From: Nitrospirota bacterium
Lineage (GTDB): Bacteria > Nitrospirota > Thermodesulfovibrionia > Thermodesulfovibrionales > Dissulfurispiraceae
Length of the DNA: 64,000 nucleotides
Assembly: GCA_963710375.1 (NCBI GenBank)
Contig: CAVPZX010000005.1
Span: 384,001 to 448,000, forward strand
Reading direction: 5' to 3'
Each line of letters begins with the position of its first letter. The stretch's first letter is position 1. Positions 56,622 to 64,000 of the stretch are shown here, one piece after another. Below the pieces are notes generated by a model, which was not told where the DNA came from, searched no databases, and saw only the letters and a program-made list of their open reading frames with translations. A program made the translations under genes and the position numbers.

Positions 56622-57413
56622 ATGGGACAGAATCAAAGCACAGTTCTGAGCATGCGCAATGGTCACTTTATTGTAAAACTGGCTGAATATCACGAAGAAC
56701 TGGAAAACACACTCAAACTGCGTTTCGATATATTTAACAGGGAGATGAATGAGGGCCTAAAAAGCTCTTACGTCACCGGCATGGACATGGACAATTATGA
56801 TGACTACTGTGATCACCTCATTGTTGTCGATACCCGTTGTAACAAGGTGGTCGGGACTTATCGTCTGCTCCTGGGTTTTGTCGCAGAAAACAGTATCGGC
56901 TACTATTCGGAGGGCGAATTCGATATGTCCGCTATCAGGACTATCGGGGGCGATAAGCTGGAACTCGGCCGCTCCTGCGTCCACAAGGATTACAGGAATG
57001 CCGGTGTCATCAATCTGCTTTGGGCCGGCATAGCCCGGTACATAGAAATATATGGTATTCGCCATTTATTCGGCTGCGGCAGTCTGCATACCAGTGACCC
57101 TGAAGAAGTAGGCATGGTATACTCTTACATGAACACATTTCACCGGGCAGGCGACGAATATACGGTGTATCCTATGAAAAAGCTGCGCGAGGTACGCTTG
57201 GCCAGCATTGTGGACCGGAAAACCGCGTTCGATAAACTCCCGCCGCTTATCAAGGGATATCTGCGGCTCGGAGCGCTTATATGCGGAGAGCCGGCTTATG
57301 ACGACATATTCGGAACAACGGATCTCTTTTTGCTCCTGGAAACAGAAAAGCTCATCAGCCGCTATAAAAGGAGGTTTTTCCAGCAGCCAGACGAGACATT
57401 ATGCCGGGCATAA
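56622..57413 (+). CDS. OlsB-like GNAT N-acyltransferase (ornithine/amino lipid synthesis)
   Basis: DNYDDYCDHL, VVGTYRL, ELGRSCV, PPLIKGYLRLGA. Confidence 0.82.
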   Translation: MGQNQSTVLSMRNGHFIVKLAEYHEELENTLKLRFDIFNREMNEGLKSSYVTGMDMDNYDDYCDHLIVVDTRCNKVVGTYRLLLGFVAENSIGYYSEGEFDMSAIRTIGGDKLELGRSCVHKDYRNAGVINLLWAGIARYIEIYGIRHLFGCGSLHTSDPEEVGMVYSYMNTFHRAGDEYTVYPMKKLREVRLASIVDRKTAFDKLPPLIKGYLRLGALICGEPAYDDIFGTTDLFLLLETEKLISRYKRRFFQQPDETLCRA

Positions 57414-58201
57414 TAAAACTATTAAGATTATTCCTGATTCTTATACTAAATCTCGTGTTCCTTGTCTGCGGTTTTTTGATAACGGCAGCTTTTTTTATTG
57501 CTCCTGAAAAGAAAATGTACCTCCGTGCTCATGGAATGCGATGGTGGGCGCGAGTCGGCTGTTTTATCCTTGGTATCCATATTACTCCCACCGGCTCATA
57601 TAAACAAAACGATGTCTTCTTCATCGTGAGTAATCATTGCAGCTATCTGGATATACTCATCATAGGCGCTATAATGCCCTCGGTCTTCGTCTCAAAAAGC
57701 GAGGTGGCCTCGTGGGTCTTCCTGGGCAGGATGGTAAAGCTTGCAGGGACTGTTTTTGTCAACAGGGAATCCAAAACAGCTGCTGTCAGAGTATTGGAGG
57801 CTATTAAGGAGCGCCTCGAGAGCGGCATTAGTGTTGTGGTTTTCCCTGAGGGAACTACCAATAACGGACTCAACATCAGGGATTTCAAGAGCACCTTTTT
57901 CAAAGCACCCATAGACAGCAAGGTGCCTATTTTGCCGCTCAGTATTATATACTCCCATTTAAACGGGATGCCTGTGACACCCGGAACAATTGATGCCGTG
58001 GCCTGGCATTCAGATATGCAGTTTGTCCCTCATTTTTGGAACCTTCTGGGTTTCAGCCGGATTGATGCAAGGATTCATTTCAATCCACCGCTTTACCATT
58101 TCACGGAAGACAGAAAAACACTCTCTTCTTTTGTGTCAGGGAAGGTCAAGCACGGCCATAATCTTTTAATTAAGAATTACGAATCAGGAATTAGGAATTA
58201 G
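57401..58201 (+). CDS. OlsA/PlsC-like lysolipid O-acyltransferase
   Basis: NHCSYLD, FVNRE, FPEGT; overlaps the GNAT gene. Confidence 0.85.
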   Translation: MPGIIKLLRLFLILILNLVFLVCGFLITAAFFIAPEKKMYLRAHGMRWWARVGCFILGIHITPTGSYKQNDVFFIVSNHCSYLDILIIGAIMPSVFVSKSEVASWVFLGRMVKLAGTVFVNRESKTAAVRVLEAIKERLESGISVVVFPEGTTNNGLNIRDFKSTFFKAPIDSKVPILPLSIIYSHLNGMPVTPGTIDAVAWHSDMQFVPHFWNLLGFSRIDARIHFNPPLYHFTEDRKTLSSFVSGKVKHGHNLLIKNYESGIRN

Positions 58202-58247
58202 AGAAATAAATATTGATTATACAGCCAGGAGAGTTGTACCGGCGGAT

Positions 58248-58619
58248 TTATAATAATACAGCTAATAACGACAGTGCTGATCCTTCCAATGCTTCCTGGA
58301 CAAAAGCCCCCAATACCGCCCGGCCCACCAAATGTCCTGTTTTAGCGGCAGCGCTATGTATATACTGATCATTGGTGGCCGCCTTTGTCGTATCGAAATA
58401 ACCTTTCCGTTGTAATATGCTTATGATATCCTTATGGTTGGCCATCTTTGGATTATAGTTCACCAGCAGACTGCCGGTAGTAAGGTTAATATCGACCGTA
58501 GCAATCCCATTCATTGTACTTAATGCCTTTTTGAGTTCGTTAGCCACGTTTTCGTTCCTTTTTATCGACGGGCTTTTAATTCTGAGTCTCCCGGGCACAT
58601 TATGAATGTAATAACTCAT
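58248..58619 (-). CDS. HMA2/CoBaHMA-like domain protein with hydrophobic C-terminus
   Basis: YIHNVPGRLRI...INLTTGSLLVNYN; C-terminal GSALSLLAVLL. Confidence 0.8.
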   Translation of the reverse strand: MSYYIHNVPGRLRIKSPSIKRNENVANELKKALSTMNGIATVDINLTTGSLLVNYNPKMANHKDIISILQRKGYFDTTKAATNDQYIHSAAAKTGHLVGRAVLGAFVQEALEGSALSLLAVLL

Positions 58620-58911
58620 TGTATCCCTCCTTATATGTTTTCGTGAATGTCTTGCAAACCGGATATCCCGAACACCTGAATCGTAATACTTTATCTTCCC
58701 TTTTATATAAATGCATTATCTTTCCACACACAGGACATGACGGCCTGTCCCTGACTTCAAATCTCCCGGTACCATGAGTAAATTGCCTGCCGCATATAAG
58801 ACATAGAAACCTCTGTTTCCCTTGCCAAGTTTTACCATATTTATAAACAGCATCCAAATTACAGTGCGGACATTTTGCTTCAACTTTTTCTTTCGCCGCA
58901 TCTGTCGTCAT
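58600..58911 (-). CDS. Double zinc-ribbon protein (InsA-like ribbon + topoisomerase C4-like ribbon)
   Basis: CPHC...YKYGKTWQGKQRFLCLICGRQF and CPVCGKIM...RCSGYPVC. Confidence 0.75.
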   Translation of the reverse strand: MTTDAAKEKVEAKCPHCNLDAVYKYGKTWQGKQRFLCLICGRQFTHGTGRFEVRDRPSCPVCGKIMHLYKREDKVLRFRCSGYPVCKTFTKTYKEGYNELLHS

Positions 58912-58917
58912 ATAAAC

Positions 58918-58973
58918 ATTGTAATCAAATACCATTACAACAATATGACAGTCTGTGTTACCAACGAGTTAAA
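58918..58973 (-). promoter_or_regulatory. Pho-box-like array and TACAAT -10 upstream of the zinc-ribbon gene
   Basis: + strand CATTACA, TATGACA, TGTTACC, AGTTAAA at 58933/44/56/67. Confidence 0.65.
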
Positions 58974-59196
58974 TCCCGGAGCACTCGACCGACTTATACG
59001 TACCTCCATAGTCGACCATTTGCATTGAGCAGAAATAGACAGAACACGCTTCATGACGCCTGCTCATGCATATTCTTATGTTCACATCCGGCATATCATT
59101 GATAAGTTTGTTTACCACAAGGCACTGCGCACCTACTTCGCTTCCCTTGAGATACGGACAGATAGTAAGTCTTTCCATGTACATTTTGCTCTCCAT
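58969..59196 (-). CDS. Small Cys4 protein, paralog 2
   Basis: CPY motif, C-x11-C-x17-C-x7-C. Confidence 0.75.
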   Translation of the reverse strand: MESKMYMERLTICPYLKGSEVGAQCLVVNKLINDMPDVNIRICMSRRHEACSVYFCSMQMVDYGGTYKSVECSGI

Positions 59197-59205
59197 TTCA
59201 CTTGT

Positions 59206-59261
59206 ATAATAACAACTCTTGTGTTACAACAATATGAAAAGAATGTTACAATTCTGTAACA
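59206..59261 (-). promoter_or_regulatory. Pho-box-like array and TATTAT -10 upstream of Cys4 paralog 2
   Basis: + strand TGTTACA, TATGAAA, TGTTACA, TGTAACA at 59222/33/44/55. Confidence 0.72.
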
Positions 59262-59337
59262 ATTGACTAATAACTTACAGCTAATAAGTCATGGGCAAAA
59301 CAACATACTCTTTTACAACCTGTAACCCGGATATTCT

Positions 59338-59544
59338 TTACCTCCTTCGGAGGGTCCTGGCCAAAAAAATCGGACAATTGTCGTAATCTTCATTGTTGCA
59401 ATAGCCGGATCTTCTCCTGGTATCTATTGTCAATTGTGACAGAGAGGCTGCACATATGCCGTTGTCGTTATTGGAATATGGACAGCTATGTTCGCAGCCG
59501 GTAATTGTATGGCATCTTTCGCTCTGCGTTATAGATGTGTTCAT
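59338..59544 (-). CDS. Small Cys4 protein, paralog 3
   Basis: CPY motif, C-x9-C-x17-C-x7-CP; 17 bp downstream of the MCP. Confidence 0.75.
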   Translation of the reverse strand: MNTSITQSERCHTITGCEHSCPYSNNDNGICAASLSQLTIDTRRRSGYCNNEDYDNCPIFLARTLRRR

Positions 59545-59561
59545 GTCGCCAGTTCACCTAT

Positions 59562-61292
59562 TTACTCATTGACTCGTTCAAATGGTTTATTGCCATTGGA
59601 CCGTGTTTTGAATCCTGTTGACGAATTCCTTAGTTCATCAGCAATGCCGGTAAGGGCGTCAACCTCATGTGTCACTTCGACAGACATCATCTCCATTTCT
59701 TTTGCTATCGCTGACGTCTCCTCAATACTCCTGAGCACGTCTTCGGATACCGCTGTCTGCTGGTCAACTGCCGCGGCAATCTGAGTTATCTGATCACGTA
59801 CCTTGCGCACAGAGTCCACTATACTGGTCAGTGAAGCGCCCGCCTGTGTCATATAGTCTTTCGCTCCTGTAACTTCATCAGAAGCATCCCGCATGGATTT
59901 TGTTGTCTTCCTGGATTCTGACTGGACAGCGTGAATTTTTTCCGTAATCTCGGCGGTGGCCCTGATTGTCCGCTCGGCCAGCTTGCGCACTTCATCAGCA
60001 ACTACGGCAAATCCCCTCCCTTGCTCGCCGGCGCGGGCCGCTTCAATAGCTGCATTGAGTGCAAGAAGATTGGTTTGGTCGGCAATATCGTTTATGACGG
60101 TAGCTATATCCCCGATTTCGCTCACCCTGTTGTTAAGCCCCTCCATCATTGAAGCTGCCTCAACAGTTGAAACGTGCACCTTGCTTACCGTAGCAACTGC
60201 CCCGTCAATTACGCTCTTGCCCCTTTCAGCGGCGGACATGGTCTGTGCAGAGGTCTCAGATGCGGCTGTGGCGCCTGCCGCAATGTTGTTAATGGTCTGG
60301 CTCATCTCGCCGGCAGAGGTGGCGATGTGCGCTGCTTGGAGGGATTGGCTTTTTGCGCCGCCAGCCGTTTTTTCAGCTTCAGCCCTCAGCTTCTGTACTG
60401 TGGAGATCACCTTATTTTCCGAATCGAGCATGCCGCCTATCATTCCGTTAAATGAATGGATCATCTTGTTAACATCGCGGCTCAGAATCCCTATCTCATC
60501 TTTGCTGTCATATTCAACTGATGCGGTAAGATCGCCGCTGGCCACCTGTTCAACAGTTTCAGCAAGTTTGGTCAGCGGTTTAATTATGTCGTTGACTATA
60601 AGGTAGCCGAAAATTATTGCGAGCGCCACTCCGACTATAATACTCACAAAAGCTATGGTGCTCACTGTTGTAAACAGCGATTCCGAGTGTGCATATGTCT
60701 CTTTAGCTTCCTCGATGTGGAGGGCGATCAACTCGCCAAGTTTTTGCTCAATCGGCTCAATAGTGGGATTCAGTTCGTCGATAAAAAAGTCGCTGAGTTT
60801 CTGACGGTCTTCCTCTTGTAAACTGTCCTTTAATTTGTTCAGAGGCGCCTCCAGACCAACCTGGGTATTATTTGCGCTCGCGATATCAAACAGCGGTTGA
60901 GTCTCTGCTATCAGTTTCTTCTCACGTGCGGTGTGCTCCAGTTCGGTATAGGCCTTCCATTTTTCGGCGATCACCAACAGCGCCTTATCAACGTTCTTGC
61001 GTCCTTCCTGCCATAAAGACTTATCCCCTTCAATAGGGTTGTCCCTGATGCGCTGCACGGACTTGACGATATTTATTGCATACATGTCAGATATTTCCTG
61101 AAGATCTTTCAATGGCAGCACATTTTTTTTGTATACGATATCGGTGCCGGCTACGGTCTTTTGCATGCCTATGATACCGAGTGTGCCGATAGCGATCAAC
61201 AGCATCAGCATAAAAACGACGAGCGCCAGGAGACGGTAGCCGATCTTTACATTATCCAGAAAAACGGTCTTGTATTTTTTTTTGAAACTCAT
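59562..61292 (-). CDS. Methyl-accepting chemotaxis protein (4HB sensor, HAMP)
   Basis: Two TMs, [38 protein letters not shown]; start MSFKKK overlaps the GT stop (TAATG). Confidence 0.93.
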   Translation of the reverse strand: MSFKKKYKTVFLDNVKIGYRLLALVVFMLMLLIAIGTLGIIGMQKTVAGTDIVYKKNVLPLKDLQEISDMYAINIVKSVQRIRDNPIEGDKSLWQEGRKNVDKALLVIAEKWKAYTELEHTAREKKLIAETQPLFDIASANNTQVGLEAPLNKLKDSLQEEDRQKLSDFFIDELNPTIEPIEQKLGELIALHIEEAKETYAHSESLFTTVSTIAFVSIIVGVALAIIFGYLIVNDIIKPLTKLAETVEQVASGDLTASVEYDSKDEIGILSRDVNKMIHSFNGMIGGMLDSENKVISTVQKLRAEAEKTAGGAKSQSLQAAHIATSAGEMSQTINNIAAGATAASETSAQTMSAAERGKSVIDGAVATVSKVHVSTVEAASMMEGLNNRVSEIGDIATVINDIADQTNLLALNAAIEAARAGEQGRGFAVVADEVRKLAERTIRATAEITEKIHAVQSESRKTTKSMRDASDEVTGAKDYMTQAGASLTSIVDSVRKVRDQITQIAAAVDQQTAVSEDVLRSIEETSAIAKEMEMMSVEVTHEVDALTGIADELRNSSTGFKTRSNGNKPFERVNE

Positions 61293-62518
61293 TATGCAAA
61301 GCGCTCTTTTATTGCATCTATAATCCTGTAGCGCAGGGACCAGAAACCGGTTTCCGGGCAGGGGGAGAGTATAGAATTTTTGCCGATACTGTACCTGTTG
61401 CCTCTCCAAACAACGGTGTTGCTGACAATCGGCACAGACCATATGAGCCCGATAAGAAGGTCTTTAAACGGGGCAAGCAAATAAAGAAAAGGATTATCCA
61501 GTTCGCTTCCGGTCTTTCTGCCCAGATAGAAGTCACCGGCCACCTTAAGTAGTGAAGTGAGAATTGCGAACGTGACGGTCAATTTAGTGCATTGCCAGAA
61601 TACAATCGGCAGCGCCGACATGAATACCGGGTTGCCTAATAGTTCGAATACATATTTCCCGCCGCCGAGTTTCCACCTGAGCTTGCCCCATCTCGTATGA
61701 CGGTTAAGGAACCGCCTTAGCCCCCAGTATTGATTTACATTTTGCACCATGTAGCCAGACAGCACCACTTTTTTGCCGCTCTTGCGCATTCTTTCCCCAA
61801 TGACATAATCCTCGGCAAGAATATCTTTTACCGCTTTGAGCCCGCCGATTGCCTCTAAATCCTTCTTGGACATCAGCATGGATTTCCCAACCACGCAGGG
61901 CATTCTCAAAAACTTATCGAGAAAGCATACGCTTCCCATAACAAAAGAGTTAAGATGCAGATTTTCAAATACTGCGCCCAGGGAACGGCCGCCGACACCT
62001 TTTATAATATTGCTTACCAACCCTATTTCACGGCCTTTGGCAGGATTCTCTATATGACTGGTTATTGCCCTGAGATACTTTTCATCAACCATGACATTGC
62101 TGTCGCTTATAAGGATATAGTCATACCTTGAAACTTTATACGCGGGCAGAAGATTATTGACTTTCGGATTAAGGCCGGAATTGGAATCTTCAACTATAAT
62201 GGTGATGTTTCTGTCAGGGCATTTTTCTCTTATTTTCCTCGCTACTTTGTAAGCAGGATCATTATGACTCTGGAGCGAGAATATGATCTCATATTCAGGA
62301 TAGTCCTGATTACAAAAGCTGAGAAGGTTGTCGTGCAAATTGTCATCCAATCCCTTAAGCGGTTTAAGAATCGAAACGGGAGGAAAAAGTCGGGGAAGGG
62401 CATGCCCTTCCCCGCAGTCACAGGGAGTGGAAAGATACGAGCGCACTGCCAATATTTGGAAGCCATACGCAATAAGACCTAAAAAAGTAAGAGAAGCAAA
62501 AAGCCAGAATATGCCCAT
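61292..62518 (-). CDS. GT21 ceramide-glucosyltransferase/HpnI-like glycosyltransferase
   Basis: [29 protein letters not shown]. Confidence 0.85.
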   Translation of the reverse strand: MGIFWLFASLTFLGLIAYGFQILAVRSYLSTPCDCGEGHALPRLFPPVSILKPLKGLDDNLHDNLLSFCNQDYPEYEIIFSLQSHNDPAYKVARKIREKCPDRNITIIVEDSNSGLNPKVNNLLPAYKVSRYDYILISDSNVMVDEKYLRAITSHIENPAKGREIGLVSNIIKGVGGRSLGAVFENLHLNSFVMGSVCFLDKFLRMPCVVGKSMLMSKKDLEAIGGLKAVKDILAEDYVIGERMRKSGKKVVLSGYMVQNVNQYWGLRRFLNRHTRWGKLRWKLGGGKYVFELLGNPVFMSALPIVFWQCTKLTVTFAILTSLLKVAGDFYLGRKTGSELDNPFLYLLAPFKDLLIGLIWSVPIVSNTVVWRGNRYSIGKNSILSPCPETGFWSLRYRIIDAIKERFA

Positions 62519-62543
62519 TACTCTCCCTCCATTAGTGTTTCAC

Positions 62544-63236
62544 TTAGTTTCTGAATAGGGTTATTGCAACCCCTTTGTTGTGTTTAATACATTGTTTCAC
62601 CGCTGCAGTATCTTTCTCGCAATTAAGCAGCGTTTTCCACGAATACAGGTGTCGTGCCTTATGGAAGTCGCTATTGGCAACATAGGGATACTTTTTCAGA
62701 CTTATAACATTGAAAACATCGTCTCTGTTTGCCACTTCCCATGCATCGATATATTTGGCATATTTCTCCCTGTTGTTCCAGAGGAACAGGGTGTCACGGC
62801 TCATGTCAGACATATAATGAGGGTGGCAGGCCACTATCAGAGCGTCCTGTTCCCTTGCCTCGGAAAAAATCTTCTCATAGTTCCAGGAGGCGGGAATAAA
62901 ATCCTTTATATCAATAAGCAGCAAGTGAGCAGATTTGTCGGAAGAGATATGATTTTTGCTGATTTCAACTCCTGGGATCACCAGCATCCCGTACTTGTCC
63001 AATGCTCTATCCGCCTCTTTCCTGATATGTTCCATATACTCGCCGAAATTGTCTTCCCTTACTGAAAGGTTGAAGCGCTGGGCAAACTTTCCTATGGAGT
63101 TGTCGCCACTCACTACATGGTCGGTAATTGCAATAACATCGAATGCCGCTTGTCCAAAAAGGTCGATGGTTCGTCTCAACTCCACGGAACCGTCAGAGTA
63201 TGTGGTGTGGATATGAAAATCACACAAAAGCATCAT
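62544..63236 (-). CDS. PHP-domain phosphoesterase
   Basis: DFHIHTTYSDG, AITDH, GVEIS, CHPH, NSDFH. Confidence 0.87.
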   Translation of the reverse strand: MMLLCDFHIHTTYSDGSVELRRTIDLFGQAAFDVIAITDHVVSGDNSIGKFAQRFNLSVREDNFGEYMEHIRKEADRALDKYGMLVIPGVEISKNHISSDKSAHLLLIDIKDFIPASWNYEKIFSEAREQDALIVACHPHYMSDMSRDTLFLWNNREKYAKYIDAWEVANRDDVFNVISLKKYPYVANSDFHKARHLYSWKTLLNCEKDTAAVKQCIKHNKGVAITLFRN

Positions 63237-63240
63237 ATAC

Positions 63241-63296
63241 ATATTAGTATTTCTTTGGTTACAGCATTATTAAGGGCGGATTAAGATTATGTTACG
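63241..63296 (-). promoter_or_regulatory. Pho-box-like array and TAATAT -10 upstream of the PHP-GT-MCP-Cys4 operon
   Basis: + strand GGTTACA, TATTAAG, GATTAAG, TGTTACG at 63257/68/79/90. Confidence 0.7.
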
Positions 63297-64000
63297 ATCT
63301 GCTTTTGATTATATAAGCGTAATATGCCGCGGCATTGGTGGGCTTGCGTTCCATTGTGTTGAAGTTAACCCGGTAGAGGCCGAACCTGGCATCGAGTCCC
63401 TGCAGCCATTCGTAGTTATCGATCAGAGACCAGTAGAAATAGCCCCTGACATCGATACCGTCATTGATGCTTTTTTCGAGTGCGTCAATATGCCTTTTCA
63501 TATATTTAATTTTTTTCTGTCCGTCGCGGGTTGCAATACCGTTCTCGGTAATGATCAGAGGCACATTAAGCTTTGAAGCGTATCTCAGGACCTTTTCGAG
63601 ACCGCGCGGATGTATTTCCCATCCCATATCGGTCAGTCCATATCCGTCAATGTCCCTGTTCCTCAGTTCAACTCCCATCTTCTTAAACGGATTAAACCGT
63701 ATATGCACGCGTGTATAATAGTTGACCCCAAAGAAGTCCAACTTGTTTTTAATGGGGACAGGAATATTTATTTCGTTTTTAAAAGGGAACTTTACCTTCA
63801 GAACGCCGGTCAAAAAAGCATCCAGCAGCGAATGGTTGTAAAAATACTTGGCGATTTTTGACAGAAGCCTGTCCAGCGGGTTGAACCGGTGCCATGGCGC
63901 CAGGGCCGCCATATTATGCGCCACGCTGACCATTGGTGTAATCCCGTGTTTTTTTGCCTGCTCATGAATAAGGTCGTATGCCTTTGCGTGGCAGACAAGT
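63292..64000 (-). CDS. Glycoside hydrolase family 1 (beta-glucosidase), 5' part outside window
   Basis: GVNYY, TDMGWEIHP, nucleophile ITENG, YWSLIDNYEW. Confidence 0.9.
   Translation of the reverse strand, partial: LVCHAKAYDLIHEQAKKHGITPMVSVAHNMAALAPWHRFNPLDRLLSKIAKYFYNHSLLDAFLTGVLKVKFPFKNEINIPVPIKNKLDFFGVNYYTRVHIRFNPFKKMGVELRNRDIDGYGLTDMGWEIHPRGLEKVLRYASKLNVPLIITENGIATRDGQKKIKYMKRHIDALEKSINDGIDVRGYFYWSLIDNYEWLQGLDARFGLYRVNFNTMERKPTNAAAYYAYIIKSRS

Noticed and set aside
58600..58935. IS1 insertion sequence
   Set aside because: Only zinc ribbons; no InsB/DDE region, IRs or TSD visible.

Overview
Bacterial chromosomal window. Gene order and protein character suggest an anaerobic Nitrospirota/Thermodesulfovibrionia-like or deltaproteobacterial-like organism (inference only). 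1-12.8 kb: core rpoC(partial)-rpoB-rplL-rplJ-rplA-rplK-nusG-secE-tRNA-Trp-rpmG-tuf cluster plus seven more tRNAs. 12.9-19.7 kb: a partly GC-rich, heavily frameshifted RND efflux operon and a mazEF module lying between tRNA-His and tRNA-Arg(CCG). 19.7-45.3 kb: mostly housekeeping (ribBA, riboflavin synthase, lepB, lepA, ROK kinase, a split polA, HU, USP, Na/Ca antiporter, YyaL-like, SOD, ABC exporter/HlyD/OMF, serA, lgt, DsbC-like, SspB-like), with two MITE-like families and many hexamer/heptamer inverted-repeat elements in the spacers. 45.4-64 kb is the most interesting part: a candidate phosphate-starvation regulon marked by six arrays of 11-bp-spaced Pho-box-like heptamers. It holds pstSCAB-phoU, phosphorus-free lipid genes (OlsB/OlsA-like, GT21), a PHP hydrolase and an MCP. 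It also holds an uncharacterised ferrosome/calcyanin-like module: four HMA2(CoBaHMA)-type domains, a FezA-like GxxxG protein, a 22-aa-repeat amphipathic protein, an HMA2-fused Ca2+-type P2A ATPase, a MetK homolog with substituted methionine-binding residues, and three paralogous small C-x9-11-C-x17-C-x7-C proteins.
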